Shown here: piece after piece, positions 1-9,750 of the stretch | Position numbering within the stretch: position 1 is the stretch's first letter | Layout: each line of letters opens with the position of its first letter | From: a virus | IMG/VR virus record: IMGVR_UViG_3300042542_004852 | DNA: 64,000 nucleotides | Strand: one strand, 5' to 3' | The notes under the pieces: model-generated | What the model was told of the DNA's origin: nothing | The model's input: only the letters and a program-made list of their open reading frames with translations | Database searches by the model: none | Made by a program: the position numbers and the translations under genes

Positions 1-1
1 T

Positions 2-448
2 ACACTTCTAGCAAAAGAATTAATCAATAATGATAATCCATTAATTATTGCAAATTCAGATCAATTTGTGGACTGGAATTCTAGCGAGTTCATGTATAAA
101 ATGCAAGAGCAAGATGTTGACGCTGGTATTCTAACATTCAAATCAAATCATCCAAAATGGTCTTATGCCAAAATTGACGAATACGGTTACGTTACAGAAG
201 TGGCAGAAAAAAATCCAATTTCAGATATTGCTACAGTAGGCATTTATTACTGGAAAAGGGGTAGAGATTATGTTCGTTTTGCAGAAATGATGATTGAGAA
301 AGGTATTAGATCAAACAATGAATTTTATGTTTGTCCAGTTTTTAATCAGGCGATTGAACACGGTTTAAAAATCAAAACATTTAATATTGAAAAAATGTTT
401 GGATTGGGAACTCCAGAAGATTTAAATTTTTATTTACAAAATCTATGA
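2..448 (+). CDS. Sugar-phosphate nucleotidyltransferase (GT-A/NTP_transferase fold), 5'-truncated by window edge
   Basis: Frame is open from base 2 (TLLAKELINNDNPLIIANSDQ...); motifs ANSDQ, VAEKNPIS, ATVGIYYW, EFYVCPVFN, GLGTPEDL are typical of dTDP-glucose pyrophosphorylase-like enzymes. Confidence 0.85.
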   Translation, partial: TLLAKELINNDNPLIIANSDQFVDWNSSEFMYKMQEQDVDAGILTFKSNHPKWSYAKIDEYGYVTEVAEKNPISDIATVGIYYWKRGRDYVRFAEMMIEKGIRSNNEFYVCPVFNQAIEHGLKIKTFNIEKMFGLGTPEDLNFYLQNL

Positions 449-1203
449 AAACTGCGATTTGCATTTCTGGTCATTTAAGACACTATAAAAATTTAAGAGA
501 TAACTTTCTTTCATTCAAGAATGTTTTAAAAAAATTTTCTGATGTAGATGTGTTTGTATCAACCTGGGACAAGCAGAATACTTTAAATAGTTGGTCACAC
601 GCTCATAATTTATCTAATGAAAAAACTGTTAAAAACATAGTTGATATTAACGAAGTTAAGGAAAATTATGAGACAGATAATGTTGAATTATTTAATTATG
701 ATTTTTATAGTTCTGAATATTCCCCAATCAGTTATAAAGATTTAACAGATAAAATTTATGATTGGGATTCTAGAGGCATTGGTGGAAATGTAATCAATTC
801 ATCTAAAATGTTTTTTTTAATTTACCAAGCAAACAAGCAAAAAAAATATCAAGAATTTCTAAATCAAAAAAAATATGACATTGTGTTCAGAGTAAGGCCA
901 GATTATGAATTTGAAAACCATGAAAATTTTTTTGAATCACTTGCGCTAGAGAGTAATGCAATATATTATGCTCTACCATATCCAACATCAAAAATAGATG
1001 ATCAATTCTCTTTTGGAGATTCACAAGTTATGGATAAGTATAGCTCTTGCTGGAATAAACAAGCGTCAATTTTTCATTCACATTTTTGGGGTGATCCAGA
1101 GGATATTTTAAAACATAGTATTTTTTCTATGCATGAAATTAAATTTATTCAGATACCTAGATTAGGTTTTCTTGGTTCTGATATTTCAAGCTTTAAAAGA
1201 TGA
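445..1203 (+). CDS. Putative glycosyltransferase-like protein
   Basis: N-terminal AICISGHLR, DVFVSTWD, YDIVFRVRPD and DQFSFG pattern, as seen in viral glycan-cluster proteins; gene context. Confidence 0.55.
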   Translation: MKTAICISGHLRHYKNLRDNFLSFKNVLKKFSDVDVFVSTWDKQNTLNSWSHAHNLSNEKTVKNIVDINEVKENYETDNVELFNYDFYSSEYSPISYKDLTDKIYDWDSRGIGGNVINSSKMFFLIYQANKQKKYQEFLNQKKYDIVFRVRPDYEFENHENFFESLALESNAIYYALPYPTSKIDDQFSFGDSQVMDKYSSCWNKQASIFHSHFWGDPEDILKHSIFSMHEIKFIQIPRLGFLGSDISSFKR

Positions 1204-1616
1204 AAATTATTTCACATAGAGGAAATTTAATTGGGCCATGCGATTTGGAAAATCATCCGACACGCATTCAAGAATTACTTAATGAAAAAATAGAGTGTGA
1301 GATTGATGTTTGGAGCATGAATCAAAAATTTTATTTAGGCCATGATTTTGCTAAATACGAAGTTGACTTTACATTTTTACAACAAAGTGGATTATGGTGC
1401 CATGCTAAAAATTTAGATGCATTAAATATAATGCTAGATAAAAAAATTAATTGTTTTTGGCATCAAACAGACGATTTTACCTTAACATCAAGTGGATTTA
1501 TTTGGACATTCCCAAATAAAAATATTACTTCAAAATCAATTATAGTTGATACTTCTCCAGAATGGAGAAATAAAAATTATGACTGTTATGGGGTATGCGC
1601 AGATTATATTTTATAA
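1200..1616 (+). CDS. Glycerophosphodiester phosphodiesterase/PLC-like small protein
   Basis: IISHRGN...EN...EIDVW...LGHD motif series of the GDPD-like TIM barrel. Confidence 0.7.
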   Translation: MKIISHRGNLIGPCDLENHPTRIQELLNEKIECEIDVWSMNQKFYLGHDFAKYEVDFTFLQQSGLWCHAKNLDALNIMLDKKINCFWHQTDDFTLTSSGFIWTFPNKNITSKSIIVDTSPEWRNKNYDCYGVCADYIL

Positions 1617-1619
1617 ATT

Positions 1620-2657
1620 ATGAAAACAATCATTATCACAGGAGTCACTGGTCAAGACGGTTCTTTAATGGCAGACCACCTGCTAGAAGACCCAAAAAAC
1701 TTTGTTTATGGAGCATGTCGCCGTTTGAGCGTTCCAAACCACCAAAACATTGAACACCTAAAAGATCACGAAAGATTCAAGCTTTTGGAGCTTGATCTCA
1801 CTGATGCGGAAAGCATTAATGAGGCAATTAGACAAATCAAGCCAGATTACTTCATCAACTTTGCCGCTAATTCTTTTGTTGGAAATAGCTGGAAGATGCC
1901 AATCAATCACATGCAAACAAATTGCATGGGTGTTCTTTATTGTCTTGAGGCAATTAAGAATCTTTCTCCACATACGAGATTTTACAACGCTGGCAGCAGC
2001 GAACAATTTGGAGACGTAGCCTATTCTCCACAAGATATTAACCATCCATTTAAGCCAAGATCGCCTTATGGAGCATCTAAATGCGCTGCGCATCACCTTG
2101 TTAAGGTATATCGTGAATCTTATGGAACTTATGCTGTTCAAGGCATCTTGTTTAATCATGAAGGTGTTCGTCGCGGTGAAGAGTTTGTCACTCGCAAAAT
2201 CACCAAAAACGTAGCTAGAATCTATAACTCTAAAAGAAGCGGCGAATCTTTCGCTCCAATCGAGCTTGGAAACATTGACTCAAAAAGAGATTGGAGTGAC
2301 GCTCAAGATTTTGTTCGCGGTGTTTGGATGATGTTGAATCAAGAATCTCCAAAAGATTATGTTCTTTCGGCAAATGAAACGCATTCAGTTCGTGAGTTTG
2401 TTGAGCTTGCTTTTAAAGCCGCCTTTATTGAAGGCGATTGGATTGGAGAAGGCTTGACCGAGCGTTTCGTTGATAAAGAAACTAGCAAGGATTTGTTGAT
2501 TATTAATCCAGCTTTCTATCGTCCAGCAGAAGTTGACCTTCTTTGGGGCGATTCAAACCCAGCAAGACAAGAACTTGGTTGGAACCCAAAAACATCATTT
2601 TCAAAATTAGTTAAAAAAATGGTTGCATCAGACCTCCATTGGCCTTATAATGATTAA
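1620..2657 (+). CDS. gmd: GDP-mannose 4,6-dehydratase
   Basis: ITGVTGQDGS, PRSPYGASK, GILFNHE, RGEEFVTRKIT, LGNIDSKRDW, RPAEVDLL. Confidence 0.95.
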   Translation: MKTIIITGVTGQDGSLMADHLLEDPKNFVYGACRRLSVPNHQNIEHLKDHERFKLLELDLTDAESINEAIRQIKPDYFINFAANSFVGNSWKMPINHMQTNCMGVLYCLEAIKNLSPHTRFYNAGSSEQFGDVAYSPQDINHPFKPRSPYGASKCAAHHLVKVYRESYGTYAVQGILFNHEGVRRGEEFVTRKITKNVARIYNSKRSGESFAPIELGNIDSKRDWSDAQDFVRGVWMMLNQESPKDYVLSANETHSVREFVELAFKAAFIEGDWIGEGLTERFVDKETSKDLLIINPAFYRPAEVDLLWGDSNPARQELGWNPKTSFSKLVKKMVASDLHWPYND

Positions 2658-2659
2658 TT

Positions 2660-3226
2660 ATGAATGTTCTGCAAATTGGATGTAATAATTGTGACGATCA
2701 TGTTTTTGATTTCGTCAAAGAAAATAAAAATTTAATCAATAATTTTTTTGTAGTTGATGCACTGCCTAAATGCTGCGAAAAAGCAAAAGAGGTTTATAGC
2801 TTTATTGATAATTTAAAAGTCTTCAATAATGCAATTGGTGTAGAAAATACAACTTGTAGATTTTATTTTCCAGAGGGTGACGAAGAATCCGCTCACGCAT
2901 CTCTCAATAAAGAGCATGTAATAAAACACCATCACCCTGATGTCAATTTTATTGATGTGGAGTGTATTGACATTAATGATTTCTTAAAAAATCTTCCGCC
3001 AATAGATCGTTTATATATTGACATTGAAGGTTTAGATGTGAAAACGCTAATGCACATGAATGAGGAATATTTTAATATTCCTTATATTGAATATGAATTC
3101 TATCATGGCCAAGACACATTCAATCCTGGAATAATGCATCATTTTCTCTTGCAAAAATTTGCATATCATGGATATTCGGTAAAACAAATATCTGAATACA
3201 ATTGTGCCGCAGAAAAAACTAAATAA
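2660..3226 (+). CDS. FkbM-family SAM-dependent methyltransferase
   Basis: LQIGCN, FNNAIG, LYIDIEGLD, IEYEF motifs. Confidence 0.75.
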   Translation: MNVLQIGCNNCDDHVFDFVKENKNLINNFFVVDALPKCCEKAKEVYSFIDNLKVFNNAIGVENTTCRFYFPEGDEESAHASLNKEHVIKHHHPDVNFIDVECIDINDFLKNLPPIDRLYIDIEGLDVKTLMHMNEEYFNIPYIEYEFYHGQDTFNPGIMHHFLLQKFAYHGYSVKQISEYNCAAEKTK

Positions 3227-3557
3227 AAAACTCATAGTTTCAAAATTTGTCGAGATTCCCGCTAAATCAAAACGGGAGTTTTGGCAAAGAGAATATGTAT
3301 TGCTGAATCGTTTAGTTGAGAGATACGGTCTAGAATTTCTAAGAGATACAAGTTTCTCCTTAAAAGGAGACAGCTTAGCTATTTTATTTGCGCCCAAAAT
3401 CCTTCAAGATTTAGATAAAAGATTCAAAATTTACAGCAGTGAATCTCGTATAACTAGGGAGCCTCAAATCATTTTGCAAGACGACCCGTTGCATAAACCA
3501 ATTTTAATTGAGCATAAACCCAAAACCATTAGAGATTTTTTACATGAAAAAGACTAA
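3204..3557 (+). CDS. Hypothetical protein
   Basis: ORF fills the gap between the methyltransferase and RecA genes; start uncertain. Confidence 0.6.
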   Translation: MPQKKLNKKLIVSKFVEIPAKSKREFWQREYVLLNRLVERYGLEFLRDTSFSLKGDSLAILFAPKILQDLDKRFKIYSSESRITREPQIILQDDPLHKPILIEHKPKTIRDFLHEKD

Positions 3558-4683
3558 AGAAACAGAAGACAAAAAAATCACTTCAAGCGAAATCCTTGAC
3601 TCTTTCCTAAAGCAAAATTCGGAAGATCACTATAATTTTGAAGAGACAGTTGACTACAAGGTTTCAAGCGGATCATTGCAGCTTGATCTTCAATTGGGCG
3701 GAGGTTTTGGTCCTGGCCTGCACAGATTTGTAGGAATAAATGAAGGCGGAAAAACCAGTGAAGCTCTAGAAGTAATGAAGAACTTCTTGATCGAAATTCC
3801 AAACTCTAAAGGTTTTTACATCAAGGCTGAAGGTCGTCTTTCTCCAGAAATGCAAAAGCGTTCTGGAATCAAGTTTGTTTTCAGCGCCGAAGAATGGGTT
3901 GTTGGAACTTGCTTTGTTTTTGAAAGCAATATTTATGAAACTGTTGTGGGAGCAATGAGACAACTGGTTTCGAAGAACGAAGAAACAATTAAATTCTGCT
4001 TTCTCTTGGATGCGGTTGATGGTCTTATCGCCAAGAACGATATGGACAAGTCCTTTGAGGAAAGCGCGAAGGTGGCTGGTGGCGCAGTGATTGCAGCCAC
4101 ATTCATGAAGAAGCTCTCTATTGCGCTTGCAAAGCGAGGCCACATGGCCATCTTCATTTCACAAGTCAGAGCAGACATCAAGCTTGACCCATACTCTAAA
4201 GCTCCTATTCGCCAGACATCTGCCACAGGAGGCAATGCACTGCTACACTTCGCAAACTGGATTCTTGAGTTTGAAGCTCGATTCAAGGGAGATTTGATTC
4301 TCAAAAATGCTGGCGACAAGAGCATTGACTTGGAAAAAAATCCTCCAATTGGACACTGGGCGAAAGTCACAATTAAGAAATCTCCAAACGAAAAAACCAA
4401 TCTAACCATCCCATATCCTATTCGGTATGGGCGTACAGGAGGTAAGTCTATCTGGATTGAGAAGGAGATTGTTGATCTACTCTTGGCTTGGGAACTTGTC
4501 AATAAGAGCGGTGCTTGGTTCTCTCCAAGCGAAGATTTCTTGCAGCTACTAGCTGAAAACTCTCTGACATTCCCACCTAAAATTCAAGGCGAAGCATCTC
4601 TTTTTAAGGTTGTTGAAGAGGACGCAGCGCTTCTTAGCTTTTTGATTGAATATTTTCGCAAAATGATCGCCAATGAAGTTTAA
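3544..4683 (+). CDS. RecA/UvsX-like recombinase
   Basis: SSGSLQLDLQLGGG, Walker A GINEGGKT, LLDAVD, IFISQVR, TGGNALLH; start taken at ATG 3544. Confidence 0.9.
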   Translation: MKKTKETEDKKITSSEILDSFLKQNSEDHYNFEETVDYKVSSGSLQLDLQLGGGFGPGLHRFVGINEGGKTSEALEVMKNFLIEIPNSKGFYIKAEGRLSPEMQKRSGIKFVFSAEEWVVGTCFVFESNIYETVVGAMRQLVSKNEETIKFCFLLDAVDGLIAKNDMDKSFEESAKVAGGAVIAATFMKKLSIALAKRGHMAIFISQVRADIKLDPYSKAPIRQTSATGGNALLHFANWILEFEARFKGDLILKNAGDKSIDLEKNPPIGHWAKVTIKKSPNEKTNLTIPYPIRYGRTGGKSIWIEKEIVDLLLAWELVNKSGAWFSPSEDFLQLLAENSLTFPPKIQGEASLFKVVEEDAALLSFLIEYFRKMIANEV

Positions 4684-5080
4684 AACTTTAAATGGTAAAG
4701 AAAAGTTGCTGAAAAATGCGTCAAAATATCTTATTAATTGGCGAACGAAAACTCGCAGCAAATTCCAAGACGAAGTTAAAAAGTTTTTAAAAGCATATTG
4801 GAATGATGATTTTGTGTTTGAAGAGCTAAGGCTCGTTGACACAAGAATGACTTTTGACTTTTATAATGCAAACAAAAAAATTGCAATTGAGGTCCAAGGT
4901 CAGCAGCATACAAAATTTGTTCCTTTCTTTCACGGCAATAGAAATAAATTTTTACAGCAATTAAAAAGAGACAATAAAAAGCTAGAATTTTGCGAGATGA
5001 ACGGCATCAAACTTGTTGAAATTTATTCTATTTCAGAATTGAATAAAGATTTTTTTGAATCGTATGAAATTTATCTGTAA
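4673..5080 (+). CDS. Vsr/DUF559-like endonuclease
   Basis: FDFY...IAIEVQGQQH...RDNKKLEFC pattern. Confidence 0.75.
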   Translation: MKFKTLNGKEKLLKNASKYLINWRTKTRSKFQDEVKKFLKAYWNDDFVFEELRLVDTRMTFDFYNANKKIAIEVQGQQHTKFVPFFHGNRNKFLQQLKRDNKKLEFCEMNGIKLVEIYSISELNKDFFESYEIYL

Positions 5081-5088
5081 TATAAAAC

Positions 5089-5373
5089 ATGCTGAATAAT
5101 AAAATCAAAGAAATTCCTCAGTTCGAAATGCCTTCAAACTTTATCGAACAAATCTATGAACTCAGCGGCAACGCAGACAAGTATAAAGGCGTTCTACTAG
5201 GTTATGTTTCAGAAGACGGCACACCAGTCATCTACTGCAAATATGATTCTCAAGTCGTAGAATTCGGCATGAGAAAAGCTTTGGAAAAATATCTTCAAAA
5301 TTCAGACGAGGCTGAAACTGCATATAGCCTTGGAGAAGAAGAAAATGATGAAGATGATGTTGACGAAGATTGA
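5089..5373 (+). CDS. Hypothetical protein with acidic C-terminus
   Basis: ORF between nuclease and helicase, preceded by a CTGTAA motif. Confidence 0.7.
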   Translation: MLNNKIKEIPQFEMPSNFIEQIYELSGNADKYKGVLLGYVSEDGTPVIYCKYDSQVVEFGMRKALEKYLQNSDEAETAYSLGEEENDEDDVDED

Positions 5374-5396
5374 TTTCTGAGTATCGTAATAGTAGC

Positions 5397-6914
5397 ATGA
5401 TCTACTCTTATGAACTTGAAAAGCAATTGCTGGCAGCACTCATTAAAAAGCCAGAGAACTATTTTGAAATCTCTGCATTCATTAATGAAAAAGACTTTTA
5501 TAGTGAAGACAATAGTTTAAATAAAACTATCTTCACAATCATTCGCCAAGCCCTAGAGGCGCACGAAGAAATTGATGACGTAATCATCGCACAACGAGTC
5601 CAGAATCTTGGAATCTCATTTGATGATGTGGTAAACGTGGCAGAATACGTCAAGAGTCTTGGCATGAGAAAGGTGGCCGATGGCAGTCTCATTAAAACAG
5701 CCAAAGAACTTAAAAAGTACACTATTCGCAGAGAGATTTTTGAATCCTCTCAAAATATTGCGAAAAAGATGAAAACTTTGCCAGCAGAAAGTTCCTATTC
5801 GGAAATCATTTCTGTAGCTGATAAAGAATATAACAGCCGAATCAATCAATATGAGGTTGGCAATGATTCTCCAGAAAACATCTATGATGAGATGGAATCA
5901 ATGATCGAAGACAGGGGCGCAAATCCTGTTACCGAATTTGGGATGATGGGACCGCATGAAAGAATCAATAGTATTTATGGTTCTCTTTTGCGGCCAGGAA
6001 ATATTACTGTTATTGTTGCTCGATCTGGCGTTGGTAAGACTCAGTTCTGCATGGACTATTCAACCAAAGTCAGTTTAGCATATAATGTTCCAGTATTGCA
6101 TTTTGATAATGGCGAAATGAGCAAGGAAGAATTGATTATGCGCCAATGCTCTGCGCTTAGTGGAGTTCCTATGCACTTGATTGAAAGCGGCCAGTGGCTG
6201 CGTGCGGGAAAAGAAACAGTCGATAAGGTTCGCAACATTTGGGCCAGAGTTAAGAAGCTACAATTTTATTATTATAATGTTGGCGGCTTAGATGTTGATT
6301 CGATGATCAATACATTGAAGAGATTTTACTATTCAAAAGTTGGTCGTGGCAACAAGATGATTTTTAGTTTTGACTACATCAAAACAACATCTGATAGCAC
6401 AGGCTCCAACAAAACAGAATGGCAAATGGTTGGAGAAATGGTTGATAAATTTAAACGATGCGTTCAGAAAGATATTCTATATGATGGGTTGCCAATCATT
6501 TCAATGATTACTTCTGTTCAGTCGAACCGTTCTGGCATCACTAATAATCGCAACTCTCAAAATGTTGTTGACGATGAAAGTATCGTATCTCTATCTGATC
6601 GAATTACTCAATTCTGTTCTCACATGTTTATTCTGAGAAATAAAACAACAGATGAAGTCTTGAATGAAGGAGTTAGATTTGGAACGCACAAGCTCATCAA
6701 TGTAAAAGCTCGACATTTGGGCAAAGATATTGCTGGCGCAGTAGAAGCTGTGCGCGTAGGCGATACGCTTCGCAAGAATTTCATTAATTTGGAATTTAAG
6801 AATTTTAATATCACAGAAAGAGGCGATCTCCGAGACATTGTTGAATTCAATGATATTGGCGAAGGTGCCGAAGAAAATGGAAGAAATACTGCCCCCGATT
6901 TTGATGAACTCTGA
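5397..6914 (+). CDS. dnaB: DnaB-like replicative helicase
   Basis: N-terminal ELEKQLLAALI, Walker A ARSGVGKT, FDNGEM, FDYIK, SVQSNR; start taken at ATG 5397. Confidence 0.9.
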   Translation: MIYSYELEKQLLAALIKKPENYFEISAFINEKDFYSEDNSLNKTIFTIIRQALEAHEEIDDVIIAQRVQNLGISFDDVVNVAEYVKSLGMRKVADGSLIKTAKELKKYTIRREIFESSQNIAKKMKTLPAESSYSEIISVADKEYNSRINQYEVGNDSPENIYDEMESMIEDRGANPVTEFGMMGPHERINSIYGSLLRPGNITVIVARSGVGKTQFCMDYSTKVSLAYNVPVLHFDNGEMSKEELIMRQCSALSGVPMHLIESGQWLRAGKETVDKVRNIWARVKKLQFYYYNVGGLDVDSMINTLKRFYYSKVGRGNKMIFSFDYIKTTSDSTGSNKTEWQMVGEMVDKFKRCVQKDILYDGLPIISMITSVQSNRSGITNNRNSQNVVDDESIVSLSDRITQFCSHMFILRNKTTDEVLNEGVRFGTHKLINVKARHLGKDIAGAVEAVRVGDTLRKNFINLEFKNFNITERGDLRDIVEFNDIGEGAEENGRNTAPDFDEL

Positions 6915-7950
6915 TCAAATAAAAGGCTCTCTTGAAAAGCTAGGTTACACTCTAAAAGATTTTGGAAATCATTGGAGAACAAAAGCTCTGTATCGCGGCG
7001 GCGATAATCCAACAGCGATTAAAGTGTATAAGAATAGCGGAGTATGGCAAGATTATGTTCAAGGCAATACTTCTATGCCTCTTGCTAAACTGGTTGAATT
7101 GACGCTGCAAACTAAAGACCCAAAAATCATCAAGCAGTATGTTAGTTATAACCAAGAAGTTCAAACGCATTATATCGCAAAAGAAAAAATAGAGATGGAT
7201 AAAATTTACCCCAAAGAATGCTTAAATAGACTTTTTCCAAACTTCTCTTTTTACAAGAAGCGCGGAATCAGTGAAGAAACACAGAAGCTTTATCAGTGTG
7301 GTCTGGCTGGAAATGGCCAAATGTATCAAAGAATAGTGTTTCCGATTTATGAATCTAACGCAGAAATCTTTGGATTCAGCGGTAGAAAAATTAACGACAA
7401 CAACGAATCTCCCAAGTGGAAGCATGTTGGCACAAAAACAAAATGGGTTTACCCAGCATTTGTTCCAAGAGAGCAAACAGTTGATTCTATTATTGACGAA
7501 AAGAAAGAAGTGATTTTGGTAGAAAGTATTGGAGACAGCTTGGCTTTGACAGAAGAAGGTTATCTAAATAACCTCGTTACTTTTGGATTAGACTGCTCTC
7601 CAGCGCTCTTGAACTATCTCTGCTCCAAAGACCTGCGTAAGATCATTATCGCCACAAATAACGATAATGAGAAGCAAAAGAATCATGGTAAAATCTCTGC
7701 TATGAAAAACTATATGAAACTCAGTCAGTTTTTTGACTTTGAGCAATTATCAGTTCAATTACCTTTGGCTAATGATTTTGGAGAAATGAGACAAAAAGAA
7801 ATGTCATTTAAGGACTGGTATCAAGAGTCAAATGTTTCTCAAGAAGCTAAATTAACTGATTATAAAGATTTCTGCTCTGCCAATCGTACTTCTTTTCAAG
7901 AAAAGAAATTGGAGAAATTTTTTAAAAAACTACAAAACTTTGGAATCTAA
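6904..7950 (+). CDS. DnaG-like primase (Toprim)
   Basis: KRGIS, RIVFPI, GFSGR, PKWKH, ILVESIGD, ATNND; follows the helicase gene. Confidence 0.85.
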   Translation: MNSDQIKGSLEKLGYTLKDFGNHWRTKALYRGGDNPTAIKVYKNSGVWQDYVQGNTSMPLAKLVELTLQTKDPKIIKQYVSYNQEVQTHYIAKEKIEMDKIYPKECLNRLFPNFSFYKKRGISEETQKLYQCGLAGNGQMYQRIVFPIYESNAEIFGFSGRKINDNNESPKWKHVGTKTKWVYPAFVPREQTVDSIIDEKKEVILVESIGDSLALTEEGYLNNLVTFGLDCSPALLNYLCSKDLRKIIIATNNDNEKQKNHGKISAMKNYMKLSQFFDFEQLSVQLPLANDFGEMRQKEMSFKDWYQESNVSQEAKLTDYKDFCSANRTSFQEKKLEKFFKKLQNFGI

Positions 7951-8977
7951 AAACCGAACATCACTATCAGCAAGTCGCATCAAAACTGCTCAATCATGCA
8001 GTTGGAAATATTGGTGTTCTTATCGTTTAAAATTACCTGATAAAAGCAATGACGGCGCTCGAAGAGGGTCAATATGTCACTTAGTTTTTGAATGCTTGGG
8101 CGAAAACCGCCACAAAAAACACTTTTCTCTCATCATCAAGAAAAGAGATGTCTTTTCTAGCAAAGCTATCGAAAGACTAATTCGCAAACATGCGAAAAAA
8201 GAAGGAGTTAATGACGAAGATAATATCAAGCAGATTTGTGATATGACACTTGCTGGTCTTCAATATGACTTCTTTGGAGCAGAAAATGGCAAACCTTCAG
8301 AAGCTTTGAGCGAGCAAGATTTTGAAATTGATGTTAAAGAAGGCAAGTTTGATTACAGAATCAAAGGCTTTATTGACAAACTCTTTCTTTATAAGAAGCA
8401 GGGGTTAGCTATCATCCGCGACTTTAAAAGCAGTAAAGAAGTTTTCAAGGGAAAAGACCTTGAGAATAACTTACAAGATTTGATGTATTCTCTTGCTGTT
8501 AAAAAGCAATTTCCAGACTATAACAATCGCTGTTCTGAATTCCTATTTTTAAAATTCTTACCAAATGAAAAAGGCGTTGTTAGGATGCCAGCACTAACAG
8601 AAGAAGAGTTAGACGGTTTTCAATCTGAGCTAACTGAAATCCAAAAATACTTGGATAATTTTGATATTCAAACGGCATTTTCTAATTTAGCAGCTAGACA
8701 AGATTACCCCAAAGATAATTCTTTTAGTGGTCCTTTACAATGTGGAAGAGCCATTCGCAAAGGACAACTCAAAAAAGATGGCAGCTTAATGTATCATTGC
8801 CCATATAAATTTGATTTTTACTATTATAAAATTTGCGACATGAAAGGGGTAATGATTGCCTCATGTTTCTTGGAGGACTTTGACGAATACATTAAAAAGT
8901 ATCCCGAAGATAAATATCTTTATCAGACGATGTTCTATAGCGGCTGTCCAGCATTCAATAAAGGAATTGACAGATAG
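7940..8977 (+). CDS. PD-(D/E)XK exonuclease, Cas4/AddB-like
   Basis: LSASRI...C, G..H..FE, GFIDKL, IRDFKS, C-terminal cysteines. Confidence 0.8.
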   Translation: MESKNRTSLSASRIKTAQSCSWKYWCSYRLKLPDKSNDGARRGSICHLVFECLGENRHKKHFSLIIKKRDVFSSKAIERLIRKHAKKEGVNDEDNIKQICDMTLAGLQYDFFGAENGKPSEALSEQDFEIDVKEGKFDYRIKGFIDKLFLYKKQGLAIIRDFKSSKEVFKGKDLENNLQDLMYSLAVKKQFPDYNNRCSEFLFLKFLPNEKGVVRMPALTEEELDGFQSELTEIQKYLDNFDIQTAFSNLAARQDYPKDNSFSGPLQCGRAIRKGQLKKDGSLMYHCPYKFDFYYYKICDMKGVMIASCFLEDFDEYIKKYPEDKYLYQTMFYSGCPAFNKGIDR

Positions 8978-8995
8978 AACGTATCATGCTAGATT
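8967..8995 (+). promoter_or_regulatory. sigma70-type promoter for the polymerase operon
   Basis: TTGACA-17bp-TAGATT with extended TG; ATG 9001 is 6 nt after the -10 (leaderless). Confidence 0.65.
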
Positions 8996-9000
8996 AAAGC

Positions 9001-9750
9001 ATGATTCCACTCTTCAAGAGCACATATAGTATAGGAAAGTCGATACTAACACTAGACGATCCAAAAGAAACCAAAGAAGGCGGTTCTGATAGCATCATCT
9101 CGATTGCGAAAGAAAACAAATTGTCAGAAATCTTCTTGGTGGAAGATTCAATGATCGGCTTTTTGGACGCTCATCAGAAATGCAAAGAGCATGATATTCA
9201 ATTAATTTTTGGCTCTAGAATATCTTGCTGCAACTCTGTGTCAGAAGAAGATAAGAAATCTTCCGAACATAAGATTATTGTCTTTGCCAAGAATGATAAA
9301 GGTGTTAAAAATTTAACTCGCATCTTTTCTTTGGCGAATCAAAAGAATGGTGGCTTTGTTGACTCTGTATCTCTACAAAATAACTGGTCAGACGATTTGA
9401 TGCTGTGCATTCCATTTTACGATTCTTTTATTTATAATAATAACTTTAGAGGCAAACAATGCTTGCCAAACTTTAAGTTTACAAAGACGACTTATTTTAT
9501 CGAGAGTAATGATTTACCATTTGATCATATTCTAAAAGCTAAGGTCGAAAAATGGGCATCAGCATTTGGCGATAGCATTCAGAAAACAAAGTCTATTTAC
9601 TATAAAAATCGCAAAGACTTTGAAGCTTGGCAGACATACAAATGTTTGTGCAAACGCGCTTTTGGTAAAGAGCAGTCGCTCTCCAGCCCAAACTTGGAAC
9701 ATTGTGGTAGTGATTCATTCTCTTGGGAGGCATTTAAAAATGAAAGATAA
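9001..9750 (+). CDS. Stand-alone PHP domain of DNA polymerase III alpha (degenerate)
   Basis: PLFKSTYSIGKS, IQLIFG, IIVFAKNDKGVKNL resemble the DnaE N-terminal PHP domain. Confidence 0.75.
   Translation: MIPLFKSTYSIGKSILTLDDPKETKEGGSDSIISIAKENKLSEIFLVEDSMIGFLDAHQKCKEHDIQLIFGSRISCCNSVSEEDKKSSEHKIIVFAKNDKGVKNLTRIFSLANQKNGGFVDSVSLQNNWSDDLMLCIPFYDSFIYNNNFRGKQCLPNFKFTKTTYFIESNDLPFDHILKAKVEKWASAFGDSIQKTKSIYYKNRKDFEAWQTYKCLCKRAFGKEQSLSSPNLEHCGSDSFSWEAFKNER

Noticed and set aside
7940-8977. Cas4 as evidence of a CRISPR-Cas system
   Set aside because: Stand-alone Cas4/AddB-like nucleases are common in phage replication modules; no other cas genes or array are present.
9730-9750. Programmed -1 frameshift at TTTAAAA fusing PHP and exonuclease
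   Set aside because: The exonuclease frame is +1 relative to PHP, and it has its own ATG at 9740; translational coupling is simpler.
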